A program made the position numbers and the translations under genes. From contig OZ360220.1 in the NCBI GenBank assembly GCA_977017645.1, forward strand, positions 287,618,001 through 287,682,000: DNA of 64,000 nucleotides. The letters run 5' to 3'. How positions within the stretch are numbered: the first letter of the stretch is position 1; every line of letters begins with the position of its first letter. The DNA is from Torpedo marmorata (lineage: Eukaryota). A model generated the notes under the pieces. The model saw nothing but the letters and a program-made list of their open reading frames with translations, did no database searches and was not told the origin of the DNA. Positions 1 to 13,099 of the stretch are shown here, piece after piece.

Positions 1-1322
1 TAGGATGCATCTCTTTTGCCAATTCATGATATAAATCATAAATAATTGTAAGTATCAATAAGAATGATAAATAAGATCAATGACCTGAAACATTGATTCT
101 GTTTCCCACTCTTCGAATGCTGCTTAATCTACTGAGTAAATCATTTTCTGTTTTTATTTAAGTAAGAGATTAAACACTAATTCAATATGTTGAATTATCA
201 TACGAATAATCCATTAATGCTGATAAACGAAAGAATAGTGTTCCAATGTTATTTCTTTCCCTGTCACATTTAATAGTTTATTTCAAATAGTGTACAAGGT
301 CATTCCAATTAACAGACAATCAATAAAAGGCAATTTCTTCACTGCAACCATTTCCAAAGTTTCTTTCAGTTCTTAGATGAAACAATGACAGAGGAACATT
401 AGTTCTCAGGCTTTACAATGCATATTTGGAACTATTTTAAGAATAAAATTACTTCCTTAAAATTAGGAATCAGGTGCCCAACATTCATTTAACAATCCTG
501 AACATATTGGATGAACAGCTGTGAATCCTCAAAGCAGAGTCCAGACACCCCTTTAACATGAAAAATTGTGACCTTTTCACAGAATCAACAGCATTCAAGA
601 AAATTGACCACATGCTCCAATGTCTGTCTGGTATATTAATTTGAACAATTTTCAGCCATTCATTTCTCTGATCACCAGTTAATGTTTTACTATCGGAAGT
701 CACAAATTACGTGACCTGAGTCTTCCTGGATTCACTCCACTTTATCATCGGCGCTGAGCTGGGCAAAAATGTGGCCTGATTTTGTAGACTCATTGTCACT
801 GGCATTTCAACAGGCATATGATTGGGACTTAGTGCTGAAGTTGTACGTCACCTCTAACCTTTAATGAAGGTCTCCAACATTATCAGAATTCATCTACTTT
901 ACAAGCAGAAGACAATTGATTACTGCTGAGTACAATATATGGACATGAAATTTTTAAAAATGGTAATATGTTCAGCATTATATCATGGGACATTTACATG
1001 AAAGTTGCAACTTTGACAAAGAGAAATGTTTCTTACTCAGTTACATTCTCTAAAAATAATCCTCCTTGCTTTTTCTCTCCTAATAATTTTATTGTATCTT
1101 TGTTAGTGGAACACATTCCAATACATCTACCTTTCTCCCACAGTCCATCCTGTCTGACTGCAACACCCTTTTAGTATTGTTTTATATAGACAGCAAGAGA
1201 AAACAACAGTCAGCAGGGAATGGAGGTGCAGAAGAGGAAATTGCAAAGAACAGGTAAAAACAATGTTTGAAAAACCATCATTGTTTTTTGACTGGTTCAT
1301 TGTTTCAGTATTCAACATCCAG

Positions 1323-1801
1323 CATAGGTGTATGAGCAAGGGGTGCAGTCCCCCCCCCCAGATTCGGGCAAAACAGGCGAAAATTCAGGCAAAGCAAGAA
1401 GAAAAATAATCGGATAGAGAAAGCAAAAAGATAAACAAATTAACAATAACGGTGGTCCCGCTCCACCAGGGTCGGCGCCAAGGGGGGGGGCATTCACAGG
1501 CATTGCCCCCCCCAAGCGAGGTACTTTGCACCCCCATACACACGCGGCCATCGCTCGCGGTAAGACCCGCCCCCATCACTAGCGTGTGTCAAGCGTCACG
1601 AGCGTACAGCTTGTCGCACGCTAGTGAATATGCACCCACCCCTTGCGTGCGTCTAGGTATTTACCCCCATTCACACACCTCCTCCCCACGCTTAGCATGC
1701 CGGTTCACGGACGAGGCAGCGGCCTGTGTCTGGCCCCGTGTAAAATTTCAGGCAAATCAACCCCTCTGCCTCCCTGAACCAAAGAGTTCCCTACGCCAAT
1801 G
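1323..1801. mobile_element. Non-autonomous hAT-type DNA transposon (MITE), 479 bp
   Basis: Exact 8-bp TSD ACATCCAG at 1315-1322 and 1802-1809. Imperfect TIRs CATAGGTGTA / CATTGGCGTA (reverse complement of the right end). GC/CpG-rich island in an AT-rich background, with subterminal TTCRGGCAAA motifs and no transposase. Confidence 0.85.
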
Positions 1802-1991
1802 ACATCCAGTGTAATTTGTATTAAAAATCCCTACAATGCAGCCACTAGGTCAAACTTCTTTAAAAGTAAAATAATGAAATATTAATGAGCATTTTCTTTA
1901 TATGTTATCTAATTCCACCATAGGTTACAAAGTTTTATGTGAACAAAAATGCATTTATAACAGACAAAGGCAACTCTCTTGACTTCCGCAG

Positions 1992-2437
1992 TTTCAGATT
2001 TCAGATTTATTGTCAGAGTACATTCATGACATCACATACAACCCTGAGATTCCTTTTTCCTGCGTGCGCGGCAGAATTACCACTAATAGGTAGTGCAAAA
2101 AGTAAACTGTACACAGCTTAAACATGTAAACAATCAAAAGAACTGCTAACAGGTATCGAATGTAAACAACTGACTGTGCAATACAGAGAGCAAAGAAAAA
2201 TCAATGAAGTGCACAAGTAAGTCTTTAAAAGAGTCTCTGATTGACTTTGTCGTTGAGGATTCTGATGGTAGAGGGGTAGCAGCTGTTCCTAAACCTGGTG
2301 GTGCGAGTCTTGTGGCACCTATACCTCTTTCCTGATGGCAGCAGCGAGAACAGAGCGTGTGCTGGGTGGTGTGGGTCTTTGATGATTGCTGCTGCCCTCC
2401 GACGGCAGCGCTCCCTGTAGATGTACTCAATAGTGGG
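1992..2437 (-). mobile_element. Rex1/Babar LINE 3' fragment, (AATCTGA)n tail family
   Basis: Minus strand encodes ...[29 protein letters not shown]. It ends in TGACAATAAATCTGAAATCTGAAA and is closely similar to 57641-58070. Confidence 0.9.
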
Positions 2438-4019
2438 GACACCAGCTACTTCTCTCCATTAATGAATGAGCTTGCATTTCCTGAGCAGGCCTAACCTGGG
2501 CACACATTCAGTGCTCAGCGATAATGCTGGGGAATTGCACACATTTTGAATCTGCCTTTGGACCATCTGTGGAATCAATGCATTCAACGGGTTCAGGATT
2601 CCCATGCTTGGCCTTGCTGTTATGTCATTCCTAAATGGTGGAGCAGTTTGTATGTGGTGATTCAGCCTCTGACAACAGATCATGACCTCAGCCATGAACC
2701 ACTTTTACGGCCCTTCGTCAGGCCTTTTCAACTGCTTCTAAATGGTGGTGAATTTTACCCAACATCTGTTAATCCAGATGTCATACAAACAGATAATGAA
2801 AATGATAGGCACGAGAAGACCGACTGGTCTTTGCAACATGTTTTTCATATATCTAATGACTTACCATTCATAATGCATACACTTCCTATCAACAATGTAA
2901 CTTCTTTGCAAAGGTAATCCAATTAAGAACCAGGCTAGGGAGCAGAAATAATGTTATTAATGGCAATATTAACTAATGTCCTACGGATCAGGAAGAAACT
3001 TTGATCTGTGCTGATAACATAATCTTATTGCTTGAGTTACCATACTGAAATTCTGCAGCAATACATCTCCCCGCTGCTCATAAATTTATAGAGTTGGACA
3101 GCAAGGAACCGGACCCTTTGGCCCACTGCCTTTGTGTTGTCAATCAAGCATGCTTTCACACTAATTCTATTTGATGTTTCCCATGTTCCTATTGAGCACC
3201 CTCCTCCACTGATTCTGCCACTCACCTACATACTACGACCCTGGTTCTCCCACCATTCAATATGCATCATAAAATGACTTGAGAGTACATTTCCAATATC
3301 TAAGTTATCGCCTGGCCAGAAGATCCTTTGGGATCAGAGCTACTCCTCTGTGGTGGGCTAAACATCTCCATCACCCAAGTTGTTCCCCAAGAAGAAGGCC
3401 TGAAAATTTGGATTATAAAATTGATCTGCCAATGCAAACTCTGTCATGCCTGTGATGAGCAGAATTTTGGTGCAAAGAGCTGAGTACTGATGGTATCTTC
3501 CTAATATTGATTAGTTTATCATGAGTGTAAAACAATAATCGTTGCGCAAGTGGATCACGGCAACTCAAAGAGAAACATCATATGCTGGAAGATATCCAGT
3601 CATCTGGTTACAATCCTAAAATCCCATACCAGAAGGTTTCTCAGGAGAAAATGCAGAGTGAAGAAAAGAGTTTATACACTCAATAGGATATTAGCCATTT
3701 GGAAAGCATTAGGGGGGATGCCCATAGAAACAAACAGGATTAGTTTGCTCTGTGGAAAACCAAGCATGTTTATGGAGAAGGATTTGGGTGCACAATTATG
3801 CAATTAATATCAATCAACATAAAATCAGGTTTATTGACCAAAGTGGCATTTTCTTGTTGCCTCTACAATTTCTTGTCGACATCCTCATATACTCACGGTA
3901 ACTAACTATCACTCAATGATTATAGCGTGGTCATTAATGTCAGTGTGAAGTCACAAGCAGGATTAAAAATTCTGACTATTTCAAGAACTTTCTGTTCTAG
4001 AAAATTTTGCATTCAATGT

Positions 4020-4265
4020 GCACCATTGATTTCCTTCATTGCTCTTTTTGTGGCCATGTCTTCAGTTGCCTAAACTTGAAACTCGGGAAGTCTCTTCTAA
4101 ACCTCATTGTGTCTCCTCCTTTAAGATGTTTCTTTATACTTTCCCTTCACCTGTTCTAAATCTTTTTGTGTGGTTTGGAGCCAAATTTTGTCTGAAAGCA
4201 CGCCCGTGACATGCCTTATTATATTTTATTAAGTTGAAGACTATATCAGTTCACATTTTTGCTTT
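4020..4265 (+). mobile_element. Degraded L2-type LINE 3' end
   Basis: Resembles the elasmobranch L2 3' end as I recall it (cttcagttgccta...ctcctcctttaagatg...). Boundaries are approximate. Confidence 0.4.
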
Positions 4266-5164
4266 TGTTGCAATGAACAACATTAGAATTACCTCGTAAT
4301 TTCAATTATATCATATGGTCTTATCAGTCATGAGTTGTTGTGACATTTCAGCTGTGCGTGTTTTTGGGCTTGCTGGCTAGAGAAATGAATTGATTGGTCT
4401 TCAAACCAGAATCACTTGGATTTGTACAGCAACACGATTCATTCGCTTTGCATGCTTTCAGGTCACACTAAGTGATAATTGTGCCTTCAGATGTGCGGAG
4501 TAAACAGGAGAATATAAAATTTGACTAGTGCTTATCAGAGTGCTGCAGCATCTCGTGGATGCCAGTAAATGGAAACAAGAGTCTGTGCTGAATTTAGAAG
4601 ACATTCTGGAGGTGAACTTACACAGGGCTCTCTCACTTAGTTACTGGAATTTCATCAGAAGGCTAAAGGTACTTTAGAAAAATAATGGACAAAAGTATTT
4701 AATGATGTCCACACTTTCCCTTTCTAATCCAAAATAGTGCATTATATATATGTACAATTTCAATAAAAAGGGGTAAAGCTGCTGTGAATATTAATTCTCC
4801 CTTGAAAATAATCAGATTCAGTTTCATCTGATTTTATTGGGTTTCTTTATCATTCTTTGCTTCATCACATTCCAGTTTGTACGCAATGTAGCATCTAATT
4901 ACTTTTGTCAAAAGTTGAGTCAATAACTAATCAAAGAGCATGTTGCTGTGTGAAATTGCACCAGCAAGCATAATGGAAAAAAAATAGTTTATAATTTAGG
5001 TAAGGAAGTATAGAGAAAAAGCGACCATGTACCACAAAAGAAAATTTATTAAAGGTGCCTGACACTTAGTATTCAGACTTAGACTGGACTTTCTTTTTAA
5101 GGTCCAGTTTGATTTTGTGCTGAATTGTGACAGAGAATGGAGAAATTGTGGGCAGTGATGTCAC

Positions 5165-6050
5165 AGAGTCATAGTCATACAGAATGGAAGCAGGCCATTC
5201 TCCCCACTATGCCCATGGTAACCAGTGGGCACCCATCTCTATTAATCCCACTTGACCCATAACCATTGATGCTTTTGCAATTCAAGTGCTCATCGAGACA
5301 CTTTTTAAATACTGTCAACAACCCTGCTTCCGTCACTCCCTCAGGCAGTGTATTTCCAGGGACTCACCTCACTGGGTGAAAAAGTTCCCCATCAGATCTC
5401 CTTACCCTAAATTTCTGTCCTCTAATGTTACTCATCTCCCATATGAGGAAAGGTTTCCTACAGTCTACCCTATTTATACCCCTCATCATTTTATACAACT
5501 AAACCATACCCCCTCTTAATACCCCCTGCACCAGGGAAAAGACTGACCCTCTCCTGTCTCTTCTCATAAATACTTCATCCCAGGTAACCTCCTGGTGAAA
5601 CTCCTTTGCACCCTGCCAAGCGTTATCACATCTTTCCTATCGTGTGGTGCAGTGCTTCAGCTGAGAACTAACCAATGTTTTAGACTAGAGCATACATTGC
5701 TCTTGTATTCAACCTGACTAATGTAAGCCAATATCCCATGTGACATTCTAAGATGTTATTTTCCTTCATTGCTACCTTCAAGGGTGTTTGGACGTACACC
5801 AAGATCTCTCTGTTCCTCAGTATTCTCTAAGATCCTACCATTCATGGTGATTATTCTAGCCTCATTAGTGTTGCCAAACAGCATCAACTCACATTGATCA
5901 GGATTAAACTTCAACTGCCATTACTCAACCCATTTCACCCACACATTGATATCACAATGTCGTCTAAGACTACTCGCCGCACTATCAATAACTCCACCAA
6001 TGTTCGTGTCATCTGCAAATTTGATCAAGCCTCCTACAACAACGTCTAAA
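5165..6050 (-). mobile_element. Degraded CR1 LINE 3' fragment
   Basis: Minus-strand KFADDT motif near 6005-6022, followed by CR1 C-terminal remnants and a CTATGACT-type tail near 5165. Confidence 0.75.
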
Positions 6051-8399
6051 TCATTCTCTCTTAATTCTCCTGTAATGAACATTCTCTCCCCCTGCTACAG
6101 CTACAACCATTTGCTAGCTTCTCTGACCTCCCTGCAGAGTGTAAATATCAACACGAGACAAGGGCATGGTCTTGGGTGGATTTCCATTCTTTCCATTAAT
6201 ACTGGGTTAAAGTTTCTGGAAATGGTAAACTCCCATTTGCCTGCAGAAATTCTACTAGTTGTAGGCGGATGATAAATCCCAATCTACTTTCTGTCAGTTC
6301 TGTGATGTGTGTAGGTGAAATTTTTATCCAGCCACTACATCAATGCTCTGAGGACAAGCATGACCTTGATAAATGTCAGTTTAAAGAGTGATTTCTTTTC
6401 CGATTTCAGCATATGGAAAGTTCTACATTTTATTCTGATCTAAATTCTAATTCAAAAATATGATTTTAATTACATACACAGCCATTACTGGTTTCCAAAT
6501 AATAGAATCATTGAGCAACACCTCAAAACAGAAATTACAAAAACAAAATGCTGCTTGCACTGTAGGAAGATGGTAAATTCAGGAGAAAAGCCAGCTGCTA
6601 GATCCTTGATCGTAAAGTACCAACAAATAAAATTTTATCCTAAGAGGGAATGGGATAGCGCTCTAAATTTTTAATGATACGAGTGTACATATTGCCAAAG
6701 AAACAAAGTGCTAATATTTAATACACATCATTAAACACTAAATAAACCAAACCTACCTCATTTATGTTAAGGAATGGATTACAGATTTAAAAGATTTGGG
6801 GTATCCTTCAACCTCATATGTTTCCTAATCTCAGCCAAGATGCTTTGGGAATCCACCGATGTACTGTCCTATTGGATAAATCAGAAGCTGATCCAAGGTA
6901 TGAGGCACTTACAGTTTGGCAAAAAAGACAGAGAAGCTACAATAGAAATGTGTGTATATGATAAATAAAATACAGTCTCTTGTATGGTTTAATTTGGCTT
7001 TGTAAATGTTTTCAATTTCATTATGCATTGATAATAAGGTGAAGCTTTTATATGAGAGCAGGCACTCATTCAATCTACCCTCCTTTGAATTTTGATCACT
7101 GCAGCAATTTTAATCTCCCTAGCATTGAAGTGGTTTCATATATGAGGCAATAAAATCTGAAATTTCAGATGAAAACTTCTGAGGATGGGGAAATAAATCA
7201 ACTCTTGTTTACTCATTCCATACCTATCAATCCCAGCTCCAGAAAGATATTACAATCAGCTATGTGTTAATGTTATATATATATATATAAATGAAACCAA
7301 TTTCCAATAATTTTCTGCTGCCTCACAAACACAAACAGAGAAATCTGTTGGTAACCAAATCAGGTGAAGATGATTATGCTAACTTTTAAAATTAACAAGA
7401 AGTCTAATTACATTTCAGCATACCTGTGAATGAACAATACTAATACATTTTGTAGTAATTTTGTAGTAATACTATGCAGGTACTGCTCAGATTCAGCCAA
7501 ACCTGTGTGTGTGTGTTTAATTTCACAAGCAAATCAAATAAAAATTGAATAATCCAATTATTCCACTTTGTCTGAGATTCCTAGGAGCAGTTATCAATTA
7601 CAACTGCAGGAGTTCAGCGCTGTTCTCCAGAGGTAAATCAAGAATGATAGATTATGTTTTGCAAATAACATTACTTCTGATTCCAACATATAGCCTCTCC
7701 AATATTTCTTGGATCTTTTCGTTCCCGAGGCAGAAGCATTGTGACTCTGGACAACATGAAGATGAAACAGCAGTTGTGTATCCTAGATCCTTAAAGGTTT
7801 GGGAGTGATCAGATTTACAGGAATACAAAATACACTGTTTGCTTGCTGCTGAGCTGTCTGGATTAAGCAGAGTGAAATGTGCTTTCAGAAAGTATGTCTA
7901 AAGCAGAAAGTCTTAGCAGAATTTTAATAATTCAATCAGATTTCCCTTGAGCCAAATGCACAGATAAAAAATGAAAACCATACATTCAATGAAATTTGTG
8001 TGATTTGTTTCCATTCTTTTATTAACAGTAAGTTACTAATGGATGTGACCAAGTTATTGAAATCTAGCAAGTGCCAAGAAATAGAAATTTTGAAGAGGCA
8101 ATAACTATTCAAGTTTTTTGAATTTAACATTTCTAGAAGATATACTGTATGCATTTCAAGTAAGTTCACCGTTCACCAAGATAACAAAATACAGAAAAAG
8201 AGACTACTAAATAAAAATAAAATCCAAAAGATAATTTAGGATTTGCAGCAAGTTTTTCAAACAGAATATGGAAAGTTAGATATTGTTAATTTACTTATTT
8301 AGGTATTTTTTGCTTATTTTGTATAATTATTGAAACATTCGATCTAATTTTATGATGCTCCACTGCTTATTGTAGAAGAGAGATGCAGGCCTGCAATGT

Positions 8400-8500
8400 T
8401 GGTTACCCTTTACTTCTTATGGATGCTGCATGACCTATTGAGTTTCTCCAGCACGTTTGTGTATTGCAATCGACCCCAGCATCTGTAGACTTTCTAGTTT
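8400..8500 (+). mobile_element. Old Penelope-like pLTR/tail remnant
   Basis: GACCTATTGAGTTTCTCCAGCA...ATCTGTAGACTTTC is similar to the Penelope 3' ends at 12215-12285 and 34885-34955. Confidence 0.55.
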
Positions 8501-9735
8501 AACTAATGCATAGCAGTGTAGGATTCTTCAATTGTGTTCACAATTCTGGGTACAATAGACGACAAGATCCGTGCAAATACAGTTGAATGCAATGCGATTT
8601 GAGATTCACCCCAAATAAAGTACCGTAAGATATTTGACTCGAAAATTAAAAACAAGAATAAAAGTTTGTCCAGTAGTATACCAGTTTGCGTTTGGGTTTG
8701 CAATTTCATCAGTGCTGGAAGCACTCCATTTTACTTAGTTGATTACTCTCAAAGTGTGAGTCTGAACACCGAACATCAGCTTGTCAATCAATTGTCAAAT
8801 CAACACATCTAAGTTCAACCCTGGTTTCAGTCAATGTTTACTGACCAACTTCACTTGGAGCCCATCAGGTTCACCCATTACTCCACTGCCTGTATCTTAA
8901 AGCACACCAAGTATCATTCATATCATCCTGTACTGACTGATCTATGTTAACTCCTGGCCCTGCAAAGTCCTCATTTTAAAATTGCAATTTAGTCTGGTCC
9001 CTCTTTATCTTTGTAACCTCCCTCAGCCTGATAATAGACTGAGATCTTTTCACTTTAGTGTTTCCACTATATAAATGTATGTTCTTATTGCATGTTAACC
9101 TTTCAAATTCACACCAAATGTGAGACCAAATTAGAGACTGCAGGTTTGAATGGCAGTCTCTAATGAGGTTTCTTGTCCGCTCAGGAGAAGGTATTAGTGG
9201 GAATCTTTATATAAAGGGCTACAAAGTAAACTCCAGGCTATGACTGTGGCCTGAGTCCTCCATATTAACCCCACACTGCTGCCTAAACCATGCATCAACC
9301 CCCACTTCATCCTGGTGAACTACATTTAATCCACTTCTAACCTCACCCCACAATAAGTCATATTGTCTGAATGTTCGGGGTGTGTGAGCTCCATAATTTG
9401 GAGATGCTCCCTCTTCCTGGCAATCTAGAAAAGGATAGACATGGAGTTCATTTGAACAAAGGAGAATATGACATTTGAATGCCATGGATTGGTTACTGTC
9501 TGCACTGGCAAACTTCTTGGGGATGACATCGAACCAGCAGAATGCAGCTCAGTATAAATTTCTCTGACCTTTACTGGATCACACATTTAAGGAAGGTATA
9601 ATATTCACCCTAATTACTTAAGTTAGTCAAGTTTTGTATAAAGATAGTTTGCACCTGAGCAATTCAGTTACAAGCAGTTTCCAGTGATTTTCTTGACAGC
9701 GTTCTTTTTCTATGGCGATCATCTGAAATAACTAG

Positions 9736-10601
9736 TGTTACAAACTCAAACCAGCAACGACAGAAGACGCAATGCAAAGGGGTTAAAATTTAAATTTATA
9801 TTTATTAAAGACAATTCAATATATAACTTCTTAACAATTAATCCCATAATAAACATCTATAACCACTATTCAGTTATCAAATACTTATCTAATGTGTGTG
9901 TGTGAAAAGCCCAAACCATTACAGTCTGTGCCCAACCCTCATGTAAAAATGGAAAACCTTCCCCAAAAACCCAGGTCAGTCATAAAAATAAGTCAGTCCC
10001 AAAAATACAGTCCACAAAAGTCACTCTCTATGTTCAGGGTCCAAATTCAGCTCTGTGCGCTGGCACAAAGGACTTCTTAGTGAATGTTGGAGAGAGAGAC
10101 ACTGACTGTTTTAAGCTTACGAATCTTGGTCTGCTATATCCTTCCGATGACTTTCCTTTTGTAGGTGCACGATGGTTGCTGTACAAATCAGTGTTCCACT
10201 GATGAAGGCGTGTACGTGGATCTCACAGCCCGTCTAGCTGATCTCATGCCTGCTATCCACGAAAGTTGCTTTAAATCAGTCTTTTACTGATAAAGGAGGC
10301 CATGTGCTCTTCTCCACAGCCTTTCTAGCTGGAATGCACAAGCCTCTGGTTTTGCTGTTCTCTCTCCAGCCTTTGCAACTCCACTGAATGCTTTTGCAGA
10401 GTTTTGCACCTGCTTTTCCAAAAGTGCAACAAAGTATATTTTTCACAGCCTGTCTCTCCCACTATGTGTGTCTCTCTCTCTGAGCACAGCCAGCCCTGGG
10501 CAAGTTAACTCTTTCAGTACCTGGTCCCAGTGTGTACTCAAAAGACTTCATCCTTCCTGCTGACTGTCCGCAGTCCAAATAGTCAATCATGGTCCATAAC
10601 A
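9736..10601 (-). mobile_element. Solo LTR, family A (probably Gypsy-type)
   Basis: TG...CA termini and 4-bp TSD CTAG (9732-9735 and 10602-10605). Full-length homology to 31963-32855 and 44304-45269. AATAAA lies on the minus strand near the 3' end. Confidence 0.9.
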
Positions 10602-11692
10602 CTAGACAGTGAGTAAACAAGCAAAGCCTTTGCTTTTTTTTGTATAACATTTAACTGCTTCAATATTTGAAAGAAATATGGGTTCATAAAGTTATAATAA
10701 CACAAAAATAGATTAATTAGATGAAAAGAAATATTAACATCTATTTAATTAACTTAATGTACTCAAACTTATTTAGCAACCCGTTTATGATGATTCTGAA
10801 GAATTTGTTTAATGAAACAGGAGAGATTCAAAGTAGATTTGGAAAAAAAAGTCTTGGAGCCTGACAGCAGAATTTTTACACAATTATACTTGTTCTCCAT
10901 AATGACATCTGGTTTAAATGTCTCAAGATAAATTGTTCAAGGGTAATAAGTTCAACATACAAATGTTTGGATATTAATAAATAATGTGAATTAAGTTAAG
11001 GTCACTTCCTAAATCAATCAGCTTATTGATTTTTTTTTGGACAGGTTCTCATTCCACAAACATGCCCAAATTAATTGAATGCTGGTTTGAGCAGTAATAT
11101 ACCAAAGTGCATGATATGCAAAAAAGTAAAGATTAACTGCCAGATATTAAATGTAGTTACAGTTATTCTTGGCATTATGATAATTTACTGGAGTATCATT
11201 TATCTTAGAAAAAATTCTGCTAAATTGCCCATTTCTAATTCCATCAGATTAAAATGTAGGCTGAGTTCTTAATGAGCTACATTTATGACTCTGAAATTAA
11301 TAGATATTTAATACATCCTCTTTCACAGTTAACCTTGACATTATTATATTGAAAGCGCAGGCTAAAAGCAAAAACTTTACTGTTTACTTGCTGGGTTAAT
11401 TATCTTGTACTAATGACTTACTGATCTAATTTTTCTTAGTTTTTAGAAACTCCCTTCATATTAATTAAAAGTTTTTATGAATGTAAAACATTTTTTGTAT
11501 ATTGTTTCTTTTCTGTTTCCAGGCACATAAATATATTCACAAAATGTATAATTTTGAAGTGTTCTAGCCTGAGGGATTTAGGCAGCACCACCACCCACTT
11601 AACCGATGGACAAGTCCAGCATGCTACAGTATCTTGTGGTTCTCCATTTGACTGCCTTCCATTTCTAGTCTAATTTTCCAACATCAATTTCC

Positions 11693-11828
11693 ATGGATAA
11701 TAACGGTTTAGAAAGATGGAGGCTGAATGCAGGTAAATGGGACTAGTTTGAGTAAACAGCTTGGTCGCCGTGGATGTGTTGAGCTGAAGATCCTGCTTCT
11801 ATACTGTAAAACTATGAATCTATAACTC
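11693..11828 (+). mobile_element. CR1 3' UTR fragment
   Basis: ATGGAT...GCAGGTAAATGGGACTAG...GCTGAAG...CTGT...CTATGA layout matches the CR1 end at 51278-51407. Confidence 0.6.
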
Positions 11829-12069
11829 ATACTTTGCTACTCTCTCTTTACAGAAAAATTATAAAAGAATTAAAGAGCCATAGCAAGGCATCCCTCAGCC
11901 TTCATAAACTTTCAGTTCTCCTTCCATTCTTATGAATCTTATTTACATCTGTTCAACTGCCTCTATATCCTTCTTGTAATATGAGCTCAGAAAAATGCAT
12001 TCTAACCAGTATTCCATATATTATTTTGATATTTTATTTCTTTCACATTCATTTTACTTTGTAGTCCCA

Positions 12070-12287
12070 TCTTGCTCCTGCCTTTGCCATCCCCCTTCCC
12101 CCCTCACTCTTTTGTTCGGATGCCTGCCGGCATTTTCTCATACTTTGATGAAGGGCTCAAGCCCGAAACGTCGGTTATGTATTTCTACCTTTGCTACATA
12201 AAATACACTGTTTGACCTGCTGAGTTTCTCCAGCATTTGTATTTTTTACTTCAACTACGGTGTCCACAGATTTTCGTGTTTTACTTC
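12070..12287 (+). mobile_element. Penelope-like element 3' end (pLTR plus tail)
   Basis: Near-identical to 42430-42653, which is physically joined to a GIY-YIG fragment. Ends in the tail ...GATTTTCGTGTTTTACTTC. Confidence 0.9.
12139..12179 (+). ncRNA. Minimal type I hammerhead ribozyme motif in Penelope pLTR
   Basis: CATACT-TTGATGA-A-GGGC(TCAA)GCCC-GAAAC-GTC-GGTTATG gives a U3-variant core, a 4-bp stem II, a loopless palindromic stem III (ACGT) and a predicted cleavage site after 12172. Confidence 0.7.
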
Positions 12288-12699
12288 TCTTTTCTTATAT
12301 CTGTCCTATACTGACCTATATTTCACATACATAGAAACTTCAAATTATTAAAGGTTACTATCATTGTGTGTAAGACTATATCAAGTTTATCATGCTTGGC
12401 TGCAAATTGAGAGAAAAAATAAATAAGATAATAATTTGTTGGTTGACAAAAAAAAAGCAGAATTGTAATTAACTTTTGTTTGTCACTTTCCATCATTTCA
12501 ACTGAATAATTATTGCGCATGACACATGACAAAATCTTCCAGAAACCTCCCAGCTCCAAAACAATCTTGGCTTTACAGCTGAATAGGTTTCATGCTAAAA
12601 GGCATTCTTAGAGGTGTTTATTGAGATTGCATTCATTATTTTCTTGCCTTATTTAATTGGATAAAATAATCCCTTTCATGCCTACTGCTTGTGATAGCC

Positions 12700-12865
12700 T
12701 GGGTATCAGTCATTATTTAGTGACAGCACACTGACTCTGAAAGTCACTGGTTCCAGCCCTATTGAAGAGATGTGAACAGATACTGTATCTAGCCTGACAT
12801 TTCAGTGTAGCATTGAGGGATCACTGTTCTGTTAGAGGTGCTGAATTCTAATTAAATAAAATCTG
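12700..12865 (+). mobile_element. Degraded SacSINE1/DeuSINE-like SINE 5' part
   Basis: CTAGCCTGACATTTCAGTGTAGCATTGAGGGA...CTGTTAGAGGTGCTG resembles the recalled SacSINE1 body. Confidence 0.5.
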
Positions 12866-12874
12866 GACTACCCT

Positions 12875-13000
12875 CAGGTTTCCTCCCACCCTTCTAAAAT
12901 GTATGGGGATTGTAGGTTAATTGGTATATTTAGGGGGGGGGGAGGCAGGGGTTCGTGGGCCAGAAGGGCCTGTTACCATACCATATGTCTAAATTTAAAA
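12875..13000 (+). mobile_element. 5'-truncated HE1/V-SINE-like SINE
   Basis: GGTTTCCTCCCAC...GGGCCAGAAGGGCCTGTTACC...TGTCTAAATTTAAA matches the 3' half of 30350-30576. Confidence 0.75.
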
Positions 13001-13099
13001 TTACAAACATAAGAAACAAGAGCAGCAATAGGCCAGAAGTCCCTTGAACCTTCTCCAACATTCAGTAAACTGGTGGTTGACCATGGTAAAAACTCATGA

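Noticed and set aside
485-8724. Short 60-120 aa ORFs in AT-rich unique sequence (also 51487-57124)
   Set aside because: Their lengths are compatible with chance, most use non-ATG starts, and none carries a recognisable motif.
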